Of a DNA stretch of 36,605 bases, positions 8,321 through 17,000 are shown piece after piece. The stretch comes from a virus. Taxonomy: Duplodnaviria; Caudoviricetes. Both the position numbers and the translations under genes were made by a program. The stretch is from positions 1 through 36,605 of the IMG/VR virus record IMGVR_UViG_3300020045_009119, one strand, 5' to 3'. The notes beneath the pieces are model-generated. The model was given only the letters and a program-made list of their open reading frames with translations. It was not told the DNA's origin and did no database searches. Position 1 is the first letter of the stretch. The number at the start of each line of letters is the position of its first letter.

Positions 8321-8546
8321 CCAATACGGGAAAAAACCCCCTGTTGACAACCAATTCAAACCCAGTGATAATAATGACCAAGACGGTTTAGTTGAAATTA
8401 TAGACCGCCGACAGCTCGTTCCACTAAACGACGTTGACTGTAAGCACGAGACCTACGTTGTAGACCACTCGGACGAAACAGACGACTACGTGGCAATGGT
8501 ATGCAGTAACTCACAGTGTCCTGTCGGCTACCTACAATCGAAATAA
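8307..8546 (+). CDS. small Cys/His (zinc-ribbon-like) protein
   Basis: CKH...CSNSQCPVG; ATG 8307 with GAGG upstream. Confidence 0.6.
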   Translation: MQDSNQYGKKPPVDNQFKPSDNNDQDGLVEIIDRRQLVPLNDVDCKHETYVVDHSDETDDYVAMVCSNSQCPVGYLQSK

Positions 8547-8580
8547 ACGTATCGAATAATAAGATGAGGAGAAAACAAAA

Positions 8581-9321
8581 ATGAACGAAGAACCAGCACC
8601 CGAACCTACCGACGTAGAAGTAGACGCGCTCGATAACTTTGACCTTAGCACCCCCGCTGAAGTTGAAGCTCGCCAGGCAGCGAGTCAAGAAGAGCCAGGC
8701 GACGAAGCAGTAGTTGAGACGGAAGTAGAACCAGTTAAACCTGAGACGAACCCAGACAGCGAAACTCCTGAACCAAAACCATATGTAGCCCCTCAAAAGG
8801 TTCAAATGCAAGTCCCGAAGTTTGAAGCCGAAATACCCGTAGATGAATACGGTAACATCGACCCTAAAGGCCTCGCCGACTACATGCAGAAGTTTTCAGA
8901 ACATGCCGTGGCTGCCGCAGAAGCAAAAGCCAATAACGCCTACTATGAAAACGTCTACGGACAACGAGAGTGGAGCGATGTGGGAGAAGCTTACCCAGAG
9001 CTTGTCAAAAATGAGTCTACCCGAAGCCTCATCGAGAACCTAAGAGTCGCAGACGCGGTTCGCGGGGGAAAAGGTGAACTCATGGAAGCGGCTAAGACAT
9101 TTAGTGACCAACTGACGACCGCCCGTAACGAAGGAATTGCCTCTACCCAGAGCAACATCACCCGCCAGAAATCAGTTTCACCAACAGCCTCTAGTCGTAC
9201 AATTGCCCCAAGCGCAAATACTAATTCAAGTTTACGCAAAAAGGCCATGGGTGGCGGTTATGGCGCTGACGAAGCTCGGATTCAATATCTCAGCAACCTC
9301 ATCGACAGCAACTCCATCTAA
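8581..9321 (+). CDS. capsid scaffolding protein
   Basis: Acidic disordered N-terminus, helical core, immediately before the capsid gene. Confidence 0.75.
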   Translation: MNEEPAPEPTDVEVDALDNFDLSTPAEVEARQAASQEEPGDEAVVETEVEPVKPETNPDSETPEPKPYVAPQKVQMQVPKFEAEIPVDEYGNIDPKGLADYMQKFSEHAVAAAEAKANNAYYENVYGQREWSDVGEAYPELVKNESTRSLIENLRVADAVRGGKGELMEAAKTFSDQLTTARNEGIASTQSNITRQKSVSPTASSRTIAPSANTNSSLRKKAMGGGYGADEARIQYLSNLIDSNSI

Positions 9322-9362
9322 ACAAATAAAAGTAACCACAAAAAAGAAAAGAGACCTCTCAA

Positions 9363-10253
9363 ATGGCTTCAAGTTTTACATACAATGATGGTTCAGTTAA
9401 AGAATCCGTTCTTAACCTGATTTCTGTTATTAACCCAGACGAAACACAACTGTTAAACAGCCTACAGCGCACAAAAGCACTGGGACCTGTTCACCAGTTC
9501 CTAAAACAAGACCTAAACGCTGTTGACTCAACACAAGCTGGTAACGTTGAAGGTGCTGCACTTGTTGCCGCTTCGACAACTGACCCAACACGTTTGACAA
9601 ACTACACTCAAATCTTCCAAAAAGGTTGGGGCGTTACTGGAACACAAAAAGCAACTGCTCACTACGCTAAAGACGCCAAGGCTCGTGCCATGGACCAAGC
9701 GCTACGTGAAATCGGTAACGACATAGAGTTCGCTCTTATGCGTGGTGCCGCTGCTGCTGCTGGTTCAACTTCTACTGCCCGTAAATTAAAGGGTGTTAAA
9801 AGCTGGATTACAACAAACGCGACTGCTGGTGCAGGTGTTGCCTTTACACAAGCTATCCTTGACACTGCTTTGCAGAGTACATACGACGCTGGTGGAAAGA
9901 TTGATACCCTCTACGTTGGTGGAACAATGAAACGTAAAATCGACGCTTTCACAGCTAACAACACCCGACAGATTAGTGCTTCTGACCAGAAATTGGTTGC
10001 AAGTATCTCTGTCTATGTTTCAAGCTTTGGTGTTATCAAAATCGAACTTCACCGTTACGTTACCTTTGCAGGTGACACAAACAACGACGTTGTTGGACTT
10101 GATACGAAGCGTTGGGGAATTGCAGTTTTGCGTGACCCTAAGAACGTTGACGTTGCCATCACTACAGATGGTGAAACTGGTGCATTCGTTGGTGAGCTTA
10201 CCCTTGAAGCTCGTAACGAAAAATCAAGCTTCAAACTGACAAACTACATCTAG
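9363..10253 (+). CDS. major capsid protein (DUF5309/SU10-like HK97 fold)
   Basis: NYTQIFQK..GVTGTQ, DIEFALM.G, YVSSFG and GELTLE motifs; strong codon bias. Confidence 0.88.
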   Translation: MASSFTYNDGSVKESVLNLISVINPDETQLLNSLQRTKALGPVHQFLKQDLNAVDSTQAGNVEGAALVAASTTDPTRLTNYTQIFQKGWGVTGTQKATAHYAKDAKARAMDQALREIGNDIEFALMRGAAAAAGSTSTARKLKGVKSWITTNATAGAGVAFTQAILDTALQSTYDAGGKIDTLYVGGTMKRKIDAFTANNTRQISASDQKLVASISVYVSSFGVIKIELHRYVTFAGDTNNDVVGLDTKRWGIAVLRDPKNVDVAITTDGETGAFVGELTLEARNEKSSFKLTNYI

Positions 10254-10271
10254 TCTGTGAGTCTTGCTTAT

Positions 10272-10296
10272 CTCCCTCTCCCTACAGAGGGGGGGA
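10272..10296 (+). terminator. hairpin after the capsid gene
   Basis: CTCCCTCT...AGAGGGGG stem; no clear U-tract. Confidence 0.35.
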
Positions 10297-10312
10297 ACCT
10301 GGAGGACTTAAA

Positions 10313-10750
10313 ATGAGCACACTACAAGACCAATTCAAAGAAGCCAAGGAAATGGCAACCTACCTCAAAGACCGTGACCAGGCTCGTATGAAACGTATTA
10401 ACTACGCCTTTACGCTTCCCCGAACCCGGAAATGGAAAGCTGTGATTGAGATTTACCTTGATGAAACACCAGGACTCATCGAAGTCCGAGACGCCAATAT
10501 TGCCATGGCACGAGAAGCCCGCGAGAAACTAGGAGTCTTTAACCAAAAAGCCGTCACTGGTGATATGCAACTGGGTATGATTATGCCTCCCGCCTACTGG
10601 GACATTATCGCCACCTGTGACCCAGAGTTTGATGAAATTATGAAAGCAGACACAAAAGGACTTGATTACAACCGTGCCGAACAACTCAAGATGATGAAAT
10701 TACTCATGCAGACCTTTCCAATGTTTGTTGTTCCGCAAAGCAGCATGTAG
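10313..10750 (+). CDS. hypothetical virion-module protein
   Basis: GGAGG RBS; lies between capsid and adaptor genes. Confidence 0.75.
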   Translation: MSTLQDQFKEAKEMATYLKDRDQARMKRINYAFTLPRTRKWKAVIEIYLDETPGLIEVRDANIAMAREAREKLGVFNQKAVTGDMQLGMIMPPAYWDIIATCDPEFDEIMKADTKGLDYNRAEQLKMMKLLMQTFPMFVVPQSSM

Positions 10751-10827
10751 CGTTAAATCAGCTATCGGGCTATACTAAAACTAACACCTAAAATGAACCC
10801 CTAGCTAAAACAAAAAGGAGAACGCCA

Positions 10828-11457
10828 ATGTCAGCTCGTAAAGTCACTATGCCACAGCTCATGACAGAATTATCATATCTACTCGGGGAAGTATCTGTCC
10901 CCACCTCAGGAGTTGACAGTCGCAAGACCTTTCTCCAACGAGCACTCGAAGATGCCTGGAAGGTTTACCCATGGCCTTTTTCGCTCACAGATACCACGCT
11001 CCAATTCACTAATGGGGTCGCCACATTGCCTGATGACTTCCTACCAGAAGGCCACTACTACCTGACAAAAGGGCTGACTGAACTTGATGAGTCAGATTAC
11101 CAGCACCGCCACGACGCAGGGGTAGGCTACTACATTCGTTTCCAAGATGGTGACTACCAAGCCGTTCTGATGAATAGCGATGACTTCTTGGCCGACCTGC
11201 GCTACCAGTACGTCGTTCCAGACCTCTCTACCAGTGATACTAAGGCTGCCTACTTCGTCAATCCAAAAACTCTCGCCCTTGGAGCGATGCGTCAAGTTAC
11301 CAAAGCCGACAACCCTGAAGCCGACAACTCCCAAGACATTGAAGCCTTTCAAGCAGCGCTACAAGAAGATTACTCAGCCTTTAACCGTATTCGCACGCGT
11401 AATCGTCGGGTTCGTTCTGTGGTTGAGAAATCAGGTCACGCTACAGGACAATTTTAG
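10828..11457 (+). CDS. head-tail adaptor (tail tubular protein A-like)
   Basis: YPWPF and LPDDFL motifs; size and position. Confidence 0.7.
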   Translation: MSARKVTMPQLMTELSYLLGEVSVPTSGVDSRKTFLQRALEDAWKVYPWPFSLTDTTLQFTNGVATLPDDFLPEGHYYLTKGLTELDESDYQHRHDAGVGYYIRFQDGDYQAVLMNSDDFLADLRYQYVVPDLSTSDTKAAYFVNPKTLALGAMRQVTKADNPEADNSQDIEAFQAALQEDYSAFNRIRTRNRRVRSVVEKSGHATGQF

Positions 11458-11459
11458 TC

Positions 11460-13109
11460 ATGTCGCGGGTCAGAGTTACCCAGAGGAAAGCCACCAGACA
11501 GATTCGCCGTGAATATATTTTGAACCCCGCCAAAGGGCTGAATAACCTTGTATCGGACTCCTTAATTGATAAGCGGGAGGCCTCGGCGTTACTGAATATT
11601 GCCTTTGAAGAATCGGGCATTATCAAGAAACGTGACGGCTTTAGCGCCATTAGTGACGCCCTTACTAATGCCCAGATGCTCGGCTATTACTACGCTGAAA
11701 CTGGTAAGGAACTTTTGACGGTTGATGCCGGCCAGCCTAAGCGCTTTTCAGCTGGAGTATGGTCAAACATCTCGGGTGTTACCATGTCAACAACTCGACC
11801 ATTTGTAGACTCGACGCAAGCCGGGGGAAAAGTCTATTTATGGGATGCAGAAAATGGTGGTGTTGAGTATGACGGCACAAATACTGCCCGTCCAGGCACT
11901 ATGCCAAAAGGAAAGTTTAGTATCTATAATAACGGCCTTCACATCGTCAGCGGTGTGCCAGGGCAATTATCTCGTATCTACATAGCAGCAACAGGGAAGC
12001 CTGCCCTATTTACGCGGGATGCTACAGGTAAGCCTGCGGGAACCTTGCCCGGTGACGGTTGGCCTGATAACACAACTGACGTCCCAGGGGCAACCGTTTT
12101 TGCTGGGACAGCAGTTCCTATCTTGATTGACATCGGTAAAAATGACGGGTTTGCCGTCACTGGGCTAGCAGTTTTTCAGGGAAGTTACATTATCTTCAAA
12201 GAGAACGCTATTTACCAAATGGAACCAGACGCTGCTGGAAGTAGCTTTACAGTCACCCTCATTACGAGGGCGATTGGTTGTGTATCACATCGCTCAATTG
12301 CTTACGTTGAAAACGACGTCTACTTTCTTACTCGCCGTGGGGTATTTGTGATTGGTAACGAGGCTAACTTCTACACGGCAATTCGTACCAATGAACTCTC
12401 GGCCCGGGTACGCCCTCTGATTGACCAGATTTCGCCAGCTGGGTTTGAATTGACCAACGCAACCTACGACAAAGAACGCTACATGCTGAACGTCCCTATG
12501 AGTTCCACGACGATTAACCGCACTATCGTCTATGACCGTCGCTACCAAGCCTGGAGTGTTTGGGATAAGTTGGCTCCTCGTGATATGCAGGTCTTCATCG
12601 ATAGCGATAACGTCGAGCACCTCTACTTTATTCAAGACCAAGCGGGTACTTCCGTTAAAGAGATTGTCCGCGGCCAATACAACGACGAAGGGGTTGCTAT
12701 CTCAGCTTACTGGGAGAGTGCAGCACTTGACGGTGGCTCGATTGACATCACCAAGCGTTTCGTTGATTTAGGCGTTGTCCTACGTCAGTTGAACGGTATT
12801 TTGGACATTACTATTTATGCCGATGGTGCGGAAATCATTAAAGACACTATGATTGATGGCGTGGCGCTTACTGGCTACGGAGCCGACATGATAGGCGATG
12901 CTTGGATTGGGGGTAATATCAACAACTCAGTGACTGAACTAGGTGTGACCAATGAACCATGGCGCTTAGTGATTAAACGTAACTCAAGGACGATTAAGTT
13001 TAGGGTTGAGAATAACCGTATCGATGAGAACTTTGCGCTACTAGGCTACATCCTCGGCTACTACCCTTACTCGTACTACCGCTTTGATAGTAGTAGAAAA
13101 GTCTACTAG
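11460..13109 (+). CDS. tail nozzle / DNA stabilisation protein (gp10 or tubular B-like)
   Basis: GLNN, KKRDGF and IGCVSHRSI....DVYFL motifs; beta-rich. Confidence 0.75.
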   Translation: MSRVRVTQRKATRQIRREYILNPAKGLNNLVSDSLIDKREASALLNIAFEESGIIKKRDGFSAISDALTNAQMLGYYYAETGKELLTVDAGQPKRFSAGVWSNISGVTMSTTRPFVDSTQAGGKVYLWDAENGGVEYDGTNTARPGTMPKGKFSIYNNGLHIVSGVPGQLSRIYIAATGKPALFTRDATGKPAGTLPGDGWPDNTTDVPGATVFAGTAVPILIDIGKNDGFAVTGLAVFQGSYIIFKENAIYQMEPDAAGSSFTVTLITRAIGCVSHRSIAYVENDVYFLTRRGVFVIGNEANFYTAIRTNELSARVRPLIDQISPAGFELTNATYDKERYMLNVPMSSTTINRTIVYDRRYQAWSVWDKLAPRDMQVFIDSDNVEHLYFIQDQAGTSVKEIVRGQYNDEGVAISAYWESAALDGGSIDITKRFVDLGVVLRQLNGILDITIYADGAEIIKDTMIDGVALTGYGADMIGDAWIGGNINNSVTELGVTNEPWRLVIKRNSRTIKFRVENNRIDENFALLGYILGYYPYSYYRFDSSRKVY

Positions 13110-13177
13110 ACTATAGTATGATAAAGACAACACTTAAAATGAAATCTTAAAACCAACATAAAGGAGCACAAAATATT

Positions 13178-14086
13178 ATGGCAGGATATACAGGCCAACC
13201 CACTTTCGAGAAACCAATCACTGATACATATCTTAAAAACCTTGGCACTACTACTGCAACGGGCGGACAGCAAGCAGCGGTAGCTCCGACTGCGCCTACA
13301 GCTGCCCCAGTTGCACCAACCATTCAACTAGAGCCATCTGCCCCTACTAGCTTTGCGCCTACCGCAGAGCAAATAGCTACTGCTCAAAATGCGGCACTTG
13401 TCGGCCAGCGAAAAGGTGATATTACCAGTAAATTAAATAGTTATGCTGCAATGTTTGGTGGACTCTTTGGCAAAGCTGACGCTGCCGCGGCCGACCAAGC
13501 AGCCACTACAACTGCTAATTATGGCACTCAGCGGACAGCTTTAACTGACCAGTACAACCAAGAAGTTCCTGGAATCGACATGAGCTACTACCTGGGTGGT
13601 GTTGGTGATTCTAGCCTTCGCCTTGCCGGACGAGCTAAAGCGGAGACTGCTTTGAAATCGAGCATCGGTGGCGTTGACGCAAATGAAGCTACCGACCTTG
13701 CTAGCATCGGTAAAGAACTGGCAGGTCTAAAATCAGGCTATGAGGCAGACAAAAGCAATATCGAAAACATTCGCAACTCAATGAACCAATCAACTGATGC
13801 AGCTGAGTTACTTAGTTTACAAAATGAAATTGCGACTAAGATTAGTGGCCTGCAAGCAACGACAAACAGCATGGACACAGCCGAGGGCTTCCGTGGTAAA
13901 CTCCGTTCCGTCGCTCCAACTAAGGACCTTGGCCCAATTAAACAGAGTCTTACTTCTTTGTTCCAAGGTGCTGCCAACCCTGCCCTCAAAGTACAGATTG
14001 GCAAACAGATTGTTGATAATGCTGATATAGGTGACGTCCAGAAAAAAGAACTCTACGACCAATTCATTAACGCGCCAGTAGCGTAG
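13178..14086 (+). CDS. probable internal virion/ejection protein
   Basis: Ala/Gln/Thr-rich and helical, follows the nozzle gene; AAGGAG RBS. Confidence 0.6.
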   Translation: MAGYTGQPTFEKPITDTYLKNLGTTTATGGQQAAVAPTAPTAAPVAPTIQLEPSAPTSFAPTAEQIATAQNAALVGQRKGDITSKLNSYAAMFGGLFGKADAAAADQAATTTANYGTQRTALTDQYNQEVPGIDMSYYLGGVGDSSLRLAGRAKAETALKSSIGGVDANEATDLASIGKELAGLKSGYEADKSNIENIRNSMNQSTDAAELLSLQNEIATKISGLQATTNSMDTAEGFRGKLRSVAPTKDLGPIKQSLTSLFQGAANPALKVQIGKQIVDNADIGDVQKKELYDQFINAPVA

Positions 14087-14095
14087 GTTACTCAG

Positions 14096-17000
14096 ATGGC
14101 TTTCTGGGATGACGTTGTTGGCAACATCGGGACTTTTCTTGGCATCAATCCCGATACAAAGAAGAGACCACAACAAGTAGTTGCTCCACAAAATACCCTT
14201 AGACAACAAGCGGTTCGCCCCTCGCTTGTCTCAACGGGTATGCCTGTGGATAACTCTGCTGCGATTCGTCAACAAGCCCAAGCCAACAACCAAGCAGAAC
14301 TTGACCGTAAACGACGCGAAGAGGAAGCCCAAAAAGCCCTCCTTGCCCAACAACAAGCACTTGCTGCCCAGGCTCAGGCCGAACGCCAAGACCGTCAAAT
14401 TGCAGTACAGCCAAACCCAGCTGCGCCGCTTCTTTCGGTTGGACCTGACATCAATGCTATTCGTAACCAGGCTGTCCGTAATAATCAAGCTCAACAAAGA
14501 GTGAACCCACCTAGACGCTCAAACCCTATAACGGACATTGCCAACTTCGTAGGGGCGTCAAACCAAGCATTTATGGGTGGCACGATTGAAAATATCGTCA
14601 ACACAGCTAACTTGGTAGGAGCTGGATTTGATGCTGATGAAGCCCAAAAAAGAACTGACTCGTTCCTCAGAGATATTGGGCAGAAGGATGCCAATGGCGA
14701 GTCACAACTCTCCAAGGCAGTAGACCGAACAAGTGAAGCTGCTAAGTGGGGTGAGGCACTTGGCCAGACGCAACAGACAGCAGTTGATATGGCGACAATG
14801 ATTCTTCCGGGTGTTGCCGTCGAACGTGCCTTGGTGAATATCCCAAAAGTTGCCAGTTGGGTAGACAAAGGAACTAAGGTTCAACGCTTCCTCAAAAGTA
14901 TGGTTCCTGTGGTTGCTGGTGGTACGACATCTACTGTCGTTGGACAAATACAAGACCCAACTCAAAATGCAGGACAAAACTTTGCAATTGGCCTCGTGGG
15001 TGACTTTGCTGGTGGCTTTGTCGGAGCGGGACTATCTCGTATTATTGGAAAGATTAAATCAGGCGCACCGCTGAACATCAAAGAACTAGAACAGCTCTCA
15101 AAAGAAGCTGACCGCGCTGAGATGGCAACAAAAAATATTCCAGCTGAACAAATCCCACTAAATCCCACTAAGCTTAATGAACAAGCGCAGCTCCTTGATG
15201 TGCCAAATACACCATTAGTTGATGCCCCTCAGATTGACCTCCCACCTGAACTGACCTATAAACCAATTAGTGTGAAGACAGTTGGACGCCTGACACAAGG
15301 TGATGCCGGAGCTGCCACGGCTATTATTAGAAACTCTGGTCGAAACTTCCATCCACAGGTTGAACGCCAGATTGCTGAAGAACTCGGTATGGCAAAAACT
15401 CCAGAAATGACAAAGGCGGTTCTCAATAAGTACGGAATCCCTATCCAGGAGACGCCAGCAGAGGCTCTCGCGCGTCAGAACGCATCAGGTGAACAAGTTG
15501 TCGCTCAACAAGCTGACCAGCTAGACAGCGCCTCTCAGGAGGTCGTTCCCCAAGAGGCTGTTCCAACTGCCACTAACGCACCTGAACAAGTCGCTGCCCC
15601 AAGTGCTGATATTGCTCAGAATACTGACGTCTTCACCCCACAAGTAAGTAAGCCAAGACCTACCTATAAAGATGAATTAGGTGTGACTGCCGCTGATATA
15701 AACGTAAACGGTAAGACAATTAAAGGTGTTGATGCTGGGATAGCCTCTAATCTTGAGGATATAAATAACGCTGGTTATAAAACTATGCAAAGTATGTCTG
15801 GTCTAAAAAGTGATTATCTCGGTAAAGGCAAAGAGCGATATAGTGCAAACGGGTATATGGCATTTGCTAAATCTGAAAATACTAATATAGAAGCTATTGC
15901 CAAAGCTGCGAAAAAGGCAGGGCTAGAGTTTCAACCTAATGAGTCTACACTATTCACACCATCCGTCGTAGTCAGGACGGGTATAACTAAGGATGGTACT
16001 CCACTTAGTAAACTACTACAAGATGCAGGTAAAACTACTACTAATACTAGTGGCGAGTTCGTGTATTCTCCTGAAACTTATGCTGCTAGAGAGTTAGCGT
16101 TCAAAGATTTAGTAAAACAACACGGTGGTCAAATATCTGATGCCGAAATCGCAAAGAGATGGAATATATTTTCTGATGAATTATCTGGGAAAACCCCTGT
16201 CGCCCCACAAGTAGGTAAGACAGTAGACGTACCAACCGCTGACGGACAACTCTCTAAAGCTGACCAAGCTAAGTTCGACGAAACATTCGGAGTTCCCAAG
16301 GAAAAGGGAGCAGTTGACCGTGCCATGACTCCTAAGGCAGAACGTAAGCCAGAAGCCCGCGTACCAGTCAACCCAGCCGTAGCCGTGACTAAAGAGGGGA
16401 CAGCTAAGCCGCTGACCAAGCAGGGCCAGATGTCGGATGACCTAGCTCCATTTGCTGAGAACCTCAGTAAAGAGGGTAAAGCCCTTAAAGGCCGAGTCGA
16501 TGACAACATCCGCCCGATGGAGAACCAGGCCCGCAGTATTGAACAGCAAGCTCCAGGTATTCACAGGACCGTTGAGGAAACCCGAGCCTTCTCAGAAAAA
16601 TCAGAAGCCAAGTTAATGGTCGCCGAGAAAAAAGGCATCGCTGAAATTGACGACGCCTACAAGGGACTCGATAAAGACCAAACCGAGTTCACCACCTACC
16701 TTGTGGAAAACTTGAAGAAAAAGTCGATTGTCGCCCGAGCCGCCAAAGAGAGCCCAGCCGAACTGAAAGCTGCCAAGCAAGTGTCGGCCTTCCTAGAGAA
16801 GAAACTGCCCGAAATCAACGCCTCACTGGAACTAGCTGGCAAGAAGCCGATTGGTACGATTGAGGAATACTTCCCTCGAATGCGCGATATGGCCAAGGAA
16901 GACTCCGCTTTCGGACGGATGCTCAACAACCCAGCCGACACTGGTAGTGCCGTTGGTGAAGCTCGTATTGACCGTTCGTTTATGAAGAGCCGTACCGAAG

